This document shows positions 1 through 13,189 of a stretch of 64,000 bases of DNA, one piece after another. Under the pieces are notes generated by a model that was given only the letters and a program-made list of their open reading frames with translations, had not been told where the DNA came from and ran no database searches. Where the stretch lies: positions 85,560,001 through 85,624,000 of the forward strand of contig OX597821.1 of the NCBI GenBank assembly GCA_951406725.2, in the 5' to 3' direction. The DNA comes from Octopus vulgaris (lineage: Eukaryota). The number at the start of each line of letters is the position of its first letter. Positions within the stretch are counted from its first letter, which is position 1. Both the position numbers and the translations under genes were made by a program.

Positions 1-227
1 ATACCGGACCCCTCTCCATGCCACCAGTGTTATACAAGGGAAAGGCAAGGGCCAATACAGCATGGCACCTGTGACGTCGCAACTCATTTCTACAGCTGAG
101 TGAACTGAAGCAACATGAAATAAAGTGTCTTGCTCAAGAACACAACACGCAGCCCGGTCTGGGATTCGAGCTCACAACCTCACGATCATAAGCTTGACGG
201 TCTAATCACTGAGCCATGTGCCTTCAC
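1..227 (-). mobile_element. tRNA-derived SINE, 5' part (runs off the window edge)
   Basis: Minus strand reads GTGAAGGCACATGGCTCAGTGATTAG (A-box-like) ... GAGCTCGAATCCC (B-box-like), then TGTGTTCTTGAGCAAGACACTT, a typical SINE central-domain sequence. Confidence 0.75.
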
Positions 228-1294
228 TGTATATATACATATACATAAATGTATATAAGAATGTGTGTGCATATATACACCATCACTTTATTCCGGTGAG
301 GCACTGAAGATCTTGAACTGTTAATAGACTAAAAGATCAAGGAAAGCTATACTTGGGTTTAAAAAAACTCCCAAAACAAAGAAACAAAACAAAATTTATC
401 ACATTTTCACATTACATACATATGTGTGTGAATGTTGACATTCTTCAATGACTTTATAGAGGCAATAGTCATCATCATCAAATCATCTGTTAACATCCAC
501 CTTCCATGGTGTGGGTTGGACAATACATCAACAATTCCCTGTCAATAAATTGCATTGTAGCACAACACTTTTGAAGAGAAGGCCTAGAAAAATGGGTATG
601 GGTTAGTAACAAGAAAATTATCCAGCAGTAAAACAATGCCTCTACATCTTCGTTATGCTAGTATGGAAAACAGAGTTTAACGAAGGAACAATACAAACAC
701 ATACCACACACAAGTGAGAGTAAGGTGAAAATACCTCAGAAGACATCAATCAGTCAGTCAATATACCAACGTCTCTCAAGAAACATTTTTATAAAAACAG
801 CTACAAGCTGCAAATCATAGTACAGCAGATTGTAACTTGTATGAGAAAGAAAGTTGAGGTTTAACTTAAATGAACACAGTTTATATTCATGGATGGGACA
901 TACACAAAGCATATCCAATGAATTAGGCTCATGACTTACTCAAAGCAATTAATTAGGTATATCCATTTAATAGGTTAACTGGAGCAGAACTTCAAATTTA
1001 CTCAAACAACTTAATATCAATATAAAGATCTAATCAGAAAACCATGTAAGTAGCAGCTTTACTACAAAGTCATTATACATATGAATAACAAATCTTCTGT
1101 TGAACAGAGCACCAATGCAAATTCTAGTTTCTGGGTGTTAAATGAATGAAAGTCAAATCATCTTGAGGATTAAATGCCAAAGTGTTCCCTAAGAGAAGTA
1201 TTTAACTCAGTACTGGAACAGAGTATATAAAGCATTCAGTTTTAAGATATCACCACTGTTTATTGTCTTTTATTTACTTATAGCTAGACAGAGC

Positions 1295-1565
1295 AGACAT
1301 GGCTGTGTGGTAAGATGCATGCTTCCCAACCACACAGTTCCAGGTTCAGTCCCACTGTGTATAAACCTTGGGTAAGTGTCTTTTACTATAGCCCAGGGCT
1401 GACAAAAGCCTTGTGAGAGGATTTGGTAGATGGAAAAATATGAACAGAATGAGCACCAGGCATTAAAAATAAAAAGTTAGTGGGGTTGATTTGTTTAATT
1501 AAACTTTTCAAGAAAGTGCCCCAGCATGGCCACAATCCAATGAGTGAAACAAGTAAAAAAGATAA
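1295..1565 (+). mobile_element. Degenerate, internally deleted copy of the main tRNA-derived SINE
   Basis: Head TGGCTGTGTGGTAAG...GGTTCAGTCCCACTG and tail GTGCCCCAGCATGGCCACA...TGAAACAAGTAAAA match the full copy at 29096-29500. Confidence 0.75.
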
Positions 1566-4039
1566 ACAGATTCAATGAGAATGACATGTCTTGGTCTGCT
1601 ACACAGCACCAGGGTTAGGATATGAACCCTTCTTCAGTTTGGTACCCTATTGATACAGTGCAGGACTGTCCTCAGCCACTATGCTGCTTATGAAATATGT
1701 GTGAAATTAAGTGATGTATTGAAGAATATAATAAATAAATAAATCCCTTGGTTTTTGAGTTACTTAGTTATTATGCTTCACAATACAAATAGTAAAAGTA
1801 TCTAAAAGATATGACTTTACTAGTCACCAAACTAAATCTTTTCCATACTTTCATCTGTTTTGAAGCGAAATGCATGCACACACATTAATAAAAGAAATAA
1901 GCTCTGGGAATGAGAAGAAGAAATATTGAAGATATTTGGAGGAATGGTGTTATGACCACATTACACATCTCTGTAAAAGAGTACAATCAAATAAAAATAC
2001 ACACTGCATACAATACTTTAACATACATAGAACTCATTTGCTCTTTAGAAACTAAGATGTGAACAACTTGTAGAAATTAAAAGAAAAAAAAAGAAATAAC
2101 AGATTAAGTTGTATTTATTTTTCGGCAGCTCTTTTAGTCCAAAAAGAAAGAAAGAAAAAAAGACAAAATAAAATAAAAGAGGGAAGAAAAATGCTTTCAA
2201 TAGGACTGCAATATATGAAATATAGTAATAAGTGAAAAATGGGATAAGCTGAATATAGCCAGTTTCGATGTGTATGAGATAATAGTTAATGTGAGTTATA
2301 AGACATCAATATTCTGAAATGATATCCAGAAGAATTCCTTTCAAGTCATATCATACAAACTGGCACAGATTAAATGAAGATGTTCAAAGTTATGAAAACA
2401 CATGTATAGCCCCACCCCCTCTTTCTCTCTCTCTCTTCCTCTCCACTCTTTCGTATAACGTTTCCGTCTAATTTACAAGAACATGAGAATATACACAATT
2501 GAAAGCTGGTGATCGAATACTGTTTTCAGTTTCACATCTAAAAAAGTAAATAAATACAGACAACATTTTAGCAATATAAAATGTCTCAATATATAAACAT
2601 TAGCTTTTAAAAGAAAATTGATAGAAACCAAGCTGTTATGTAGCTTTCATTGGACAGCTACCCTGCCTACAAACTGGATTGAATATAATGTGTATGTGTG
2701 TGCACTTGGTTTTCTGTAATAATTCTTATTGGTTTGAATAACGCAAATGGTTTTTCAGGCCAGCCATTGATCAGCATAGCTTTTTACACCTGTTTTCAGA
2801 CTAAGCCACCTCTTTATATTTATGACTATTTCGCTTGCTATGACTGACTGCAAAGATGGCTTTATAAACAAAATATCATATATACCCCAATCTATTTCCT
2901 TTTTGCTTTGTAGTGTGGAATGTTTAGATTTTTAAAAGAATTTTAATGACATGTTTCTCCATTCAGAGCTATTGTTATTGGTTATTTCTAAGCCCTCAAA
3001 TGGTACCTTGCATTTCTAAGATAAAGTGTCAGATTACCATTGTATAGCATTTTAGATTCAAAAGCTGTTCCTTCACTAATATTCAAATCCACTTATCCAG
3101 AATTCTGGGGGAGCTATGTTCATCTAACATAAAAATATGTTATCAATTTTGTTTTTTTAGTTACAAGAGAAATAACCCCCATGATAGTGAATTTCTCAAT
3201 TTTATCAAGAACACTGTCACCAATAGTTGATGAAATCACTGTAGAATTTACACCAACATTCTTGAATCTTTCTCAGTTTTCTCAAAATCTATAGTAAATT
3301 TATAGATTTTTCAGAAGACTGAATCTGTTGAGCTCTTTTACAAAGTGACCTAAAGCCAGTCACCTCAGACTTTTCTGAGTATTAGGTAAGTATTACAGTT
3401 CTATCAACACATAATGATCAAGTTATCCCCTCTACCTCTACTATGTCAAGCTAATTTATCATCCACCATAGGTAAATGAAATTAAATATCTACACATCAC
3501 CCTCATAATTTTTAGTCAATTATGTATCATATTTAATGTATATACAACTTTAAGAGGCTAGTTTACAGCTGTATTCATCCTAAGATAACATCTGATGGAC
3601 ATGCAGTGTTAAAAACAATAAATATTGGGTGGGGGTGCAATGCTTAATTTTATATGAAGTTTACAATATTTTCTGTTATTTTGATATTATATTTGGTATA
3701 CAGTGTATATATTTTTAATGTCATATGTAAACAATATTAATCCCAATTATTGGTTCACTTGGTCAAGTGGCTAAAACAGACACACTTCCTTCTTTTCAGT
3801 ATGGTTTTACACAGGTTCAGTGTGCAGTTTCACAAAATCCCATGAAGGTACTTGGAAGAAATCTATAGAACCATCATCATCAATATAATTTTATTGTTGA
3901 AATATGTATAGGGAACATTATATGCACATAAGTTGTGGCTAAGAAACTTCTTTCCTAACAATGCAGCCTTAGGTTCAGTCCCACTGCATAGCACTTTGCA
4001 CAAGTATCTTTGGTTGACCCTGACCCAACCAAAGTCATG

Positions 4040-4300
4040 TGTGTGGGTTTCATATATGTGTGTGACTGTGTACCCTTGGCTGGACATTAAAAGATGGTTG
4101 TAAACAAGCATCACCATCATACGAGTGAGGTTGTTTGTATCTATCTTCTTTGGAAAATGTGTCTGGAAATATCATGTTGCTTGAAAACAGGTGTAGCTTG
4201 GCAACAGGAAGGGGCATCAAGCCATAAGAAAAATCTGTCAACAAATTCTGTCTCACCCATGCAAGCGTGAAAAACTGGATGTTACATGACGATGATGAAA
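4040..4300 (+). mobile_element. Repeat ending in the RTE-type 3' tail
   Basis: GGCAACAGGAAGGGGCATC...ACCCATGCAAGCGTGAAAAACTGGATGTTA-(GAT)n resembles the tail attached to the RTE fragment at 13190-13601. Confidence 0.6.
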
Positions 4301-5274
4301 CATACTATTCAACACTTTTGTGAAAAACCCAGGCTACCTTTAGTAAAACCTGGCACTGTGACACAGAATGGAGTATACAGTAATGCTGTTGACATTTTTA
4401 TCTGCCACAGAGGCAAGGTTGAGTAGATGATATAAGAGAGCAGATGTCAATTTTATTTATGCCTAGAAGAATGAAAAGCCAAGTCAACTGTGAAAGAGTT
4501 CAAACACAGAGTGATGAAACAACAAACTAGATTACATAAATGATTGAACCCAACAGAACTTCACTCTACTTCCTCACCACTTCCCAGCTACCTTTCTCTC
4601 TAAATTACATGAAAACAAACTCTTTAAACATACCCTTTGTCAGCTGCGACGATCAGGAGATATTCGAATCGATAAAGGCATAACAACAATTTAGATGCTA
4701 TCACTCACAGACCCCCATTTTAATTTGAATATTAATGACTTAAGGGAAGAATTAATTTTATTCTAAAGAACAGCTGGTGATTGGCCAATGTTAGCTTCAT
4801 TATTTATAATGAAATCAATTTCCTGAAAAACTGACCTCACACATGGTAGGGGTGGAGTCAGTGATAAAACGGTGTAAAAACTGAAAAGGGTTGAAATTTA
4901 GAAAATTATTGCTTTGTTCCACAAAGGAATTCTATGGCCATTTGGCAGTGAGATATGGGGGAGTAAAATGGAAGAACCACATTTACTGGAGAGGGATGAG
5001 TTAAATTATCATCTGAATATTGTACTTGAACTTAGAAAAACGGAATGAATGCAAATGAATTGATAAAGCAACTAAATATTAATGGTGCTGCTCATTGCAA
5101 TACATGTAATATGGCTGTTTTGTGAAAGGAATGAATGTATGAGAGAGCAAATTTCTGAGCTGAAACAGAGTAGCTTAGAAAGAGACGTACTGAATACAAT
5201 TTGGAAAGGTAATTTGAAGAAGTGATAAAAAAGCAAGTCATAAGTATGATGATGATGCAGAATATGGAATTGAT

Positions 5275-5346
5275 GGAAATATAGCTCAGTGGTAGAGCAT
5301 TCGACTGCAGATCGAGAGGTCCCCGGTTCGAACCCGGGTGTCCCCT
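5275..5346 (+). tRNA. tRNA-Cys(GCA), probably a pseudogene or retrocopy (two acceptor-stem mismatches)
   Basis: D arm GCTC/GAGC, anticodon stem TTCGA/TCGAG with GCA at 5307-5309, T arm CCCGG-TTCGAAC-CCGGG, discriminator T, and T5 run at 5351-5355. The 5' acceptor strand GGAAATA mispairs with TGTCCCC at positions 3 and 4. Confidence 0.85.
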
Positions 5347-5355
5347 TCTGTTTTT

Positions 5356-5530
5356 ACTTCCATGCTTCCTGAGATTCACCAACACTACACCTGATTTTCT
5401 CCCCTCCATACACACACAAGCATGTTCACTTTCCAGACATTTCTACATTACTGCATGTACTTTATATGCACTTTCTGACAAGTTGTGGTGTACCTGAGCA
5501 CTGTATACAATAATTTCATTATTATTATTA
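5356..5530 (+). mobile_element. CR1-type LINE 3' end with (ATT)n tail
   Basis: CATGCTTCCTGAGATTCACCAACACTACACCTGA and GTTGTGGTGTACCTGAGCACTGTATACAAT-(ATT)n align with the CR1 3' end at 48476-48660. A near-identical tail lies at 23085-23175. Confidence 0.75.
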
Positions 5531-6232
5531 TGTCACAGATCTTTTCAGTTCATACCAGGATGGGGAGTAAATAGACATTAAAGATAAAGACGAACTGGGT
5601 GGAATTTAAAGTCAGGTTGTAAAGGGCTGTAATTAATAATTTCTAACTACATAAGGCCCAGAAAGATAAAAGATAAAGTTGATCTTGACAGAATTTGAAC
5701 TTAGAACATAAAAAGCCAAAAGAAATACCACAAAACATTTTATCCAATGCTCTAATGATGCTGCCAATTCACTGTCCTTGATAATAACAGAAATATTAAT
5801 GGTTTCTTGTTTAGGCACAAAGCTAGCAATCTTTAGGGTTAAGGGTTAGTCAATACCACTGACCAACAGTACCAAGCTGGTAATTTACTGCAGGACATTT
5901 TGTCCAAATTGAGAGTGGAGTACAACTTGATTAGCTCAACATCAGTATTTAACTAATACTGACTACAGAAGTATGAATAGCTAAGTCAACTCAGGCAGGC
6001 AAGATTTGAACTCAGAATATCAAAGGGATATCACCAAGTTAAAAAATAATGATATTAAAAAAACCACGAGTGTTAGAGTTACAGACAAAAATCAATCAAT
6101 AACATTTATCTCAACAATCATTATTTGAACAAGTAAAGATGGCTTTTGTGTACTGATATTTCGCCCCAGTTCTACCCTTGTTAGGCAAAGCTATAATCAG
6201 ACATTTCTGTTCCAATTATATCAACATTTTAA

Positions 6233-6453
6233 CCCTTTAGCTTTCAGATTATTTTGGCATATGTAATGCTTATTTATTCTCATTGTTTTCTATTAACCAT
6301 GCATTATCTTGTAGCTTCAGTATTTCAATGATATGACTGTTCTGTTTATTCTAAGACTGACATTGTAAGGTGAGAGAGGCTGGATATGGTCAATTTGAAC
6401 ATAAAACAAGTGGAATATTTGGGCCAGTTATGGTCAGTTTAAATACTACAGGA
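6233..6453. mobile_element. TTAA-flanked MITE (piggyBac-like ends)
   Basis: TTAA|CCCTTTAG ... CTACAGGA|TTAA degenerate termini. A homologous internal sequence at about 9300-9511 ends in CCAAAGGGCTAA. Confidence 0.55.
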
Positions 6454-9299
6454 TTAAAGGTGTGTATGGTGACAATATTTAATGTTTCTTTTATCATTAT
6501 TATTATTATTAAATAGTAGGTGTAATTTAAAAGAAACTTAGCTGCTACTTCTAATAGATTGAAATGCTATATTGAGAGGCTCCCTATTGGCTTAATTTTA
6601 ACAAAGATCTAAGAAATCAACAAATGTGTTTACATAAGATTAAAAGCTCTGAAGAAAGTGAAAGGGTAGAAAAAAAAAGAAGAAAAAAAAACCCTCACCA
6701 AAATTTTGAGTAAAATCAAAAGCATATTTGAATGTTTCTGCAAACGTTAAAGAAAAGTAGAGAATATATGTGAAAAATTTTAATAATTCTACACTAAATT
6801 ATATTTTTTAGGTTGTGAGGAAATGTTTGGTAATGTTTGATGTTTAATATGAAGAATATGAAGATGGAGTAGGACTGAGATTAAAGTAAGATTCGACTGA
6901 AATGTTATTACAATTATTCACAAACACAAAGGATACAATACATTGAAATTAGGAGCTAAAGCAAAGGTAAGTTAACATAAAGGTATTTTGAAATCAATGG
7001 GGGAGGTGGGGCTGGAGAGCAGAATAATTGAATATGTACAGATAATAAATTTGCAAATCCTGATAGTAATGTATAACCATAAGAACAAGGATAGCCATGT
7101 GATTAAGCTCATTCCAAAACCATGTCATGCTTTTACTATAGTTTAGAGTAGACTAGTGACTTGTGATTGGAATTTGTTATACAGAAAGAAGTTTATCACG
7201 TGTGTATGCATGTGTTTCTGTGCCTGTTTTTGATTACTGGTGTTGAATTGTGAAGCCTTGTGTCAAAAATAGTATCTTCCTAACCAGATATATAGAGATC
7301 AATACTACAGGTGATGTGGCATGATCAATTAAAATCCATCAAAAGTAATGCTCCAGAATGGTCACTATCCAATGACTGAGCAAGAATAAAATGCATAGCT
7401 TTAACAGTCAGAACCATTATCATCAGAGCAAATGTGGAGCAGCAAATAGAAGATAAAAATGCCTGACACAATTTAGTTCCATAGCAGAACATTCTGAGAT
7501 CAAATCTTGCTAGGATCAATGATACAATAAGTACTGGTCATGAAGCAGGGATAATTTTAATTGACTTACATACTCGTGGTCTTGTACCAATATAAGAAAT
7601 ACCAACATATAATTATGACTTCATATCAATATAAGAAATATCACCTTTACTATAAAATGTGAAAAGCTTACTGAAAACGTTCTAATGAATGTTGATATCA
7701 TTCTTAAGTACAAAGTTTTTAACCATGTTATTTAAAACGAGCTTAGCTTCGATTGAGTAAATCTAAAATTGGAAACACTCCAGCTGTGACTATTTTGTCT
7801 TTTATTTTAACCATAAGAAATCTGGGATTACATTATCCAATGTGCCATTTCTTTGAGAAAGATTATCAGCTATTTCTATCAAGTCAAGCAACTATGTAGA
7901 CGCTTCAGTGTTGGCTGGGACATAATCTGCTGATCTATTTATAGGTATGCATGGTCTTACCATTAAAGTCAATCTCCCATTTGTACTTGGTGATAGAAGT
8001 TAGTGTATACTTTGATGGGCACACTATTGATGTTTGTTGCAACAATCTGATAGTGACATCTTCATTGTAATTGGGGGGAAATATCTTCTCATGTCACATT
8101 GATCTTAATCAAATTGATTTCTAGTACCTGTTCTGTGTTTTATTTTATTGTCTCAGATGATTGATGGAAAATCTCAGTTGCTTTATGTGAAATTTGAGCA
8201 AGCAAGACATGGTTTTCTCAACCTAGCCAAGAAGGCAATAACTCAGAGTAGGAGCTAACAAGGATCATAATGACCAATCCAAACCACACTAGAATGTAAG
8301 ACAGACATATGATGATGATGATGATGATGATGTAAGAGATGTGAAACACTGAACTGAATGTCAAAGTATCTAAATTATTTTAAGGTACTTGCTTCCATAT
8401 CTAACATCTAGTTTGGTTATGTAACTGAGCACTAATCTATTACTTCTCTCTCATTTACACACTCACTTCCACTCACATACGGTTTTACATTCAGGTTTTT
8501 GTTTTCTCATGGTAGCAAGATGGTTTTTGTTGGCGCAATTATTTCTACATCTGGATGTCATTCCTACTGCTAATCCTTTAACAGTGAAATTAGGAGAGGA
8601 GTGAAAGCCACTTTATTTAATTAGGGAACAGAGTGACATAACAGAAGTAAGCAGAATTATGAACCAATCTCTTCGAGTGAATTGATGACTATAAGATGGG
8701 GTCAGTTTGACATAATACTGTTCAAAAGTGTCTGCACATTCAACTTCATAGCATTGTTATCAATTACATTTTTTTACATCTGTTTCTCTGGACAAGATGA
8801 AGCCAGCTGTCATTTGATTAACACACTATTTTTACATAAATATAGGTTTGGTGGAAGAAAAAAGTAAATGCTGGTTAAAAGAGGATGGGTATGTGTAGAT
8901 GGATTTAGTTCAGCTGTCAGGGCCATCTGCTGTCACATGCAAACAGATAATTATAGCCACAGGTGAGAACTGGACATAGAATGAAGAACAATAAGCGAAA
9001 CTTATTTTACAAATATGGATATTTGTATATAATAAAGTATATTAGAATGAGTAATTGTAAAGCTAGTGGCTAGTCTTACAACTGTAAAAATGTAACTTAT
9101 ACTGCTCTATAAATGAGCAGAATGGCTTAAATGGTAATAATTATATATATCTTACACAACTGTTCAACACAATAAGTTTGAATTCATGATGATAGCATGT
9201 ACAGTAAATAGATCCTCAGACACTTTCAGCAACAACTAATCCAGTTGTTTGATCAACTAGGCAACTGACAATGAATTATAGTGTAAGTGAAATTTATAT

Positions 9300-9511
9300 T
9301 CAAATTACTCAGTTAAATGTAATACTTATTTATTCAATTGTTTTGAATTAATTATGCATTATCCCATAGCTTAAAAATTTTGATGATGTGACTGTTTCAT
9401 TTTATAAAGGTATTATAGGGTAGTTATGACAGGCTGGATCTAACAGGTTTAAACATAAAACTGGTAGAATATTTGGACCAGATATGGCTGCTTTAAGTGC
9501 CAAAGGGCTAA
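9300..9511. mobile_element. Second copy of the TTAA-flanked MITE
   Basis: Shares TAATRCTTATTTATTC...TGCATTATC...AACATAAAAC...GAATATTTGG with 6233-6453. Confidence 0.5.
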
Positions 9512-9689
9512 CGCAGAATGCCCAAAACACTGCATGTGACAAGGCTGGTCTTTGAATAACAGGTACAGTTATTCCCATAGTTTCCATTGATCCACTTTTA
9601 CTTACCAGGTTTTAGTTACTTGTGGCTAAGGCAGCGTTCAATAGAATTAAACATGGGTCCCCATGATTGCAAAGTGAATTTCTTAACTT

Positions 9690-9815
9690 TGCACTTTCTG
9701 TTGAAGAGAGTCGGCTCGAAATGTTGACGACTTTGCCATTTTTTCCCAAGCATCAAAACTGATACACTTGCTTGTTGTTCCTTCTCATGTCTGTCCTTTG
9801 TTTTCTGTGCATTTG
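9690..9815 (+). repeat. Penelope-type terminal repeat fragment with hammerhead-like motif
   Basis: CTTTCTGTTGAAGAGAGTCGGCTCGAAATGTT; homologous copies on the minus strand at about 31460-31640 and 40695-40900. Confidence 0.5.
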
Positions 9816-11834
9816 AACCATATATATTCATATATACCACTATTTGATTAGTGATACAGAGTAAAATTGAATCACAGAGCTTGTGATTCAAAGAATTTAT
9901 CAAATAATAATAAAAATCACTCTCAGTTTGCCTGGCTGACAATAAGTTTTACCCTACTTTGTGATTACAAAATCCGATTCCTCATCATGAACAACAGTTT
10001 AGAATTATGAAAGTAAGAATTTAAAATATTTAAATTAGGTTCATTTTCTTGATGTAATTTTAATAACTGGAGATGGATGATGACAAAGATGACCCTTACA
10101 TATAACCATCTCTCTTATGTGTGTGTGTAGAGTGATTGCATAATTTTTGTGAACTAAAGTATTTCCATGTCTTACCATATACCTTCAAATATTATAATCA
10201 ACACTAATACTGTTTAGGCAAACCATTATAACCACAATGTCTCATTTTCCAACTTTCCAATTCCTAAGTATAAATGATATATGGTTTATGTTTTTCACAG
10301 AAAGACCTCTAAACCTAATGACTACTTACTTAAAATACAGCTGTCATAGCCACTTCACTAATTGTCAGTATAAAATTACCAATTAATTCGTGTTAATATT
10401 AGTTATTTATTATTTAATTTAATTTCTTTCATAGAAGAGAAAGAATACAGCAAAATATGTTTCAGTTAATCTCTCTTTAATTGTTAACTTATTCATTCAG
10501 ATTTCATGTATAATGATGATGATGTTGAAGTATAGATTTGATTTCCTTTCTTAACACCAGCCAACATACAGCTGGCAATACCAACCAAAATGCAGCTGGT
10601 GTGGGTATATATTCAATTCCTTATCAAATTTAATGCAGTAATAATTGTATATGATTTCTGTATATAACTTCTCTAATGATATTTTGTATATTAATGATAC
10701 AACATAGAAGCTTGTATATATTAGGTTGGAATTTAGCTCTTAGTGGTGCCAAGTAATTAAAAAGGTGAATAACCCCCTCTAGCTGAAGCGATTTTATTGA
10801 CTAATACTTTCGAGAGTAACATGAACACTCTGACATCTTTTTTAATTCTTCTTCTAAGAATTGCAGGTTTTATGGACTTCTTGGATCTCTGAACATGTTT
10901 TGATTCTTAAGAGAAATTGCTCCAGAAAATTGTTTGAATGTCAAAACCAGACTCCTATTATGTTATTTATTTGTAAAAAGATCTTTAACATCAGAAATAT
11001 TAAATTTCTAAATCTCTCATAGAGATATGTACGGTGGTGGAGCGATAGAATGGTTGTATACCGTCAATCTAATGTGAACGTGACAGTAGGGGGTTATACC
11101 ACTGCTGTTTAGCCCTAGGAAGCATCGACGCCTCCTGATGGCTTTGACACATTTTTCCTGTGTCTCTAACATCACTTCCTGGAAAAGATTTAATATTGGG
11201 CTAGCAAATAGCTTGTTGTGTATCATTACCATCCTAATCCATACAACACACCTGTCTCTCTCTTCTTGACACCTGTGTGGCAACTGATCAACAAAGCTTT
11301 ACACTAACTACTTTTCCCAGTCTTTCCACCCAGGAGCATCAACCACTTAAATTTCCTTCCCCGTTGGGATCTTTGCTGAAGATGCTAAAGATAAATATCA
11401 ACTACATCAATCACTGCATCATCAGAGAGCTTGAAAAGATTGTGGGCACTGCACATACTAAAATAAATAAATAAATTTAATGAAATAAAAATTTTTTTTT
11501 AAATCAACACTTCTGACAATTCATTTGAATTTGTCTCACTTGTCATTATTTTTAGGAATGGTATAAATCCTATAAATTCAAACCACCTTCTTTCGAGACT
11601 TCATAACAAATATGGAATTATTATTAATACTCATCAGTTACTGTTGGAGTAACAGAATTGTTAGTTGTCAATGTCATCATCATCATCATTTTATATCCAT
11701 TTCTCCAAATTTTCAAGCGTTATGCCTGATTAAAGATCTTGTGATATTTACTCATTTCTCTTTATATTCTAAAACTTTTACTGCAGTTGAGTTTTCCTTT
11801 CATCCTCTGAGATCAATGAAATAAGTACCAGTTA

Positions 11835-12135
11835 TAAGTTAAGTTAGTTAAGTTAAATTAATTTTTTGGCTCAAAAAGCAAAAAGCAAGGCCATGTAAGG
11901 GGACATGGAGTTATGTACAGGGTGGTGTTCATGCAAAGAGTTCAGGCCATTTGTGGTCAAGGGAGACTTTGAACCGAGCGGTCATCAGCATCTTCACTAT
12001 CTCGTCCGGCAGTTTATTCCACGGATCCGCAACCCGGACGGAGAAAGCCCCTATCCTTCGATTGAGATGAAATCGTCGGAGATAGAGCTTTTCAGAGTGA
12101 GATACAATATCAACGTCATTTTCTAGAACACTTTG
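11835..12135 (-). mobile_element. CR1-type LINE 3' fragment
   Basis: Encodes ...RRIGAFSVRVADPWNKLPDEIVKM...FKVSLD, the CR1 ORF2 C-terminal FSxRVxxxWNxLP motif, followed by a short UTR and a (TAACT)-like tandem tail. Confidence 0.85.
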
Positions 12136-12899
12136 CATGTTTTAAGTACCTCGCTGTTTATCTCAGATTAGTCCAATTAAACGGACTGACAGTGAATAGG
12201 TATTTTAGCAGTTTTCAGTAAAAGTACACTCAGAGCCACATCAAACATTAAACTGAAGGATCACTCTATATTTTTTAGAAGAGAAGCTACTTCAAGGTTG
12301 TAGCAATGTAACCTTTGTTGAACTGTGTCCTTGTAAAAAATAGCATGTGCACATAATGCATGAGAATATGTATATCGCTATCAGTTCTTATGTCATTAGC
12401 TAGCAGAGATACAGAGATACAAATGTGTAACGTACATTACCCCCATCACTATATTTAGCATTTGATCTTCCATACATCCATATCAGTTGGAAGTGTCAGA
12501 CCACATTTGTCACCATAGTAACTGCAGCTAGACCTGATAACATTAGGTCTCTAAAATGGACTCTTAATTGCAAGCCACAGTAAAAACTGCGATAAAAATT
12601 ATCTATGTGTATTGATTAATTAAATGCTCTCCTTTGTTATATGTCTCCTTAAAGCTATTTAAATACTAAACATTAAACACAGAATGTCAAAATCCTCAAT
12701 ATAGATCCAGTTATCTATCAGGCAGTGTACACATCAAAATAGCTATAATGTTAAAATTCTGTTTAGCAAATTGAAACTGCTATTCACTACCTGCTCCTCT
12801 GGTCCATCTCTGCAATACCAAATAGCTAAACCATGTTCACACAATGAAGCAGTGTATGAGAAAGTGCAGTGTGTACCCCTAATTAGAGAGGCTCTAGAT

Positions 12900-13044
12900 C
12901 AAACATGAGCAACCTTTTATGAGAAGTGGGCCACATGAGACATTGCTCATCATTAGGCGGGTCACATTAATAAAAAAAAATTAAGGAAATTACTCATTAG
13001 GCATGCCATTCAGAAAGTCCTGCAAACCAGTTTACCCATGACTG
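12900..13044. mobile_element. hAT (Charlie-like) MITE
   Basis: Degenerate TIRs CAAACATGAGCAACC / GTTTACCCATGACTG; 8-bp flanks CTCTAGAT and GACTAGCT both have a central CTAG. A related inverted copy lies at about 19757-19860. Confidence 0.55.
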
Positions 13045-13189
13045 GACTAGCTCTAGATTGTTGCTTGATCTACAAAGAAACAGCAGCAAAATCTTCCATA
13101 AATGACATCCTACTATTTAAAAAGAAAAAGGAGGGTTAAAAAAAAACACATGCATATTTGATAATGACAAAGTGTAAATGTATTAAGAA

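Noticed and set aside
11017-11474. Short ORFs in unique sequence as possible downstream RNF220 exons
   Set aside because: No resemblance to the expected CPxC or RING segments in the frames I read, and no convincing splice-site pair.
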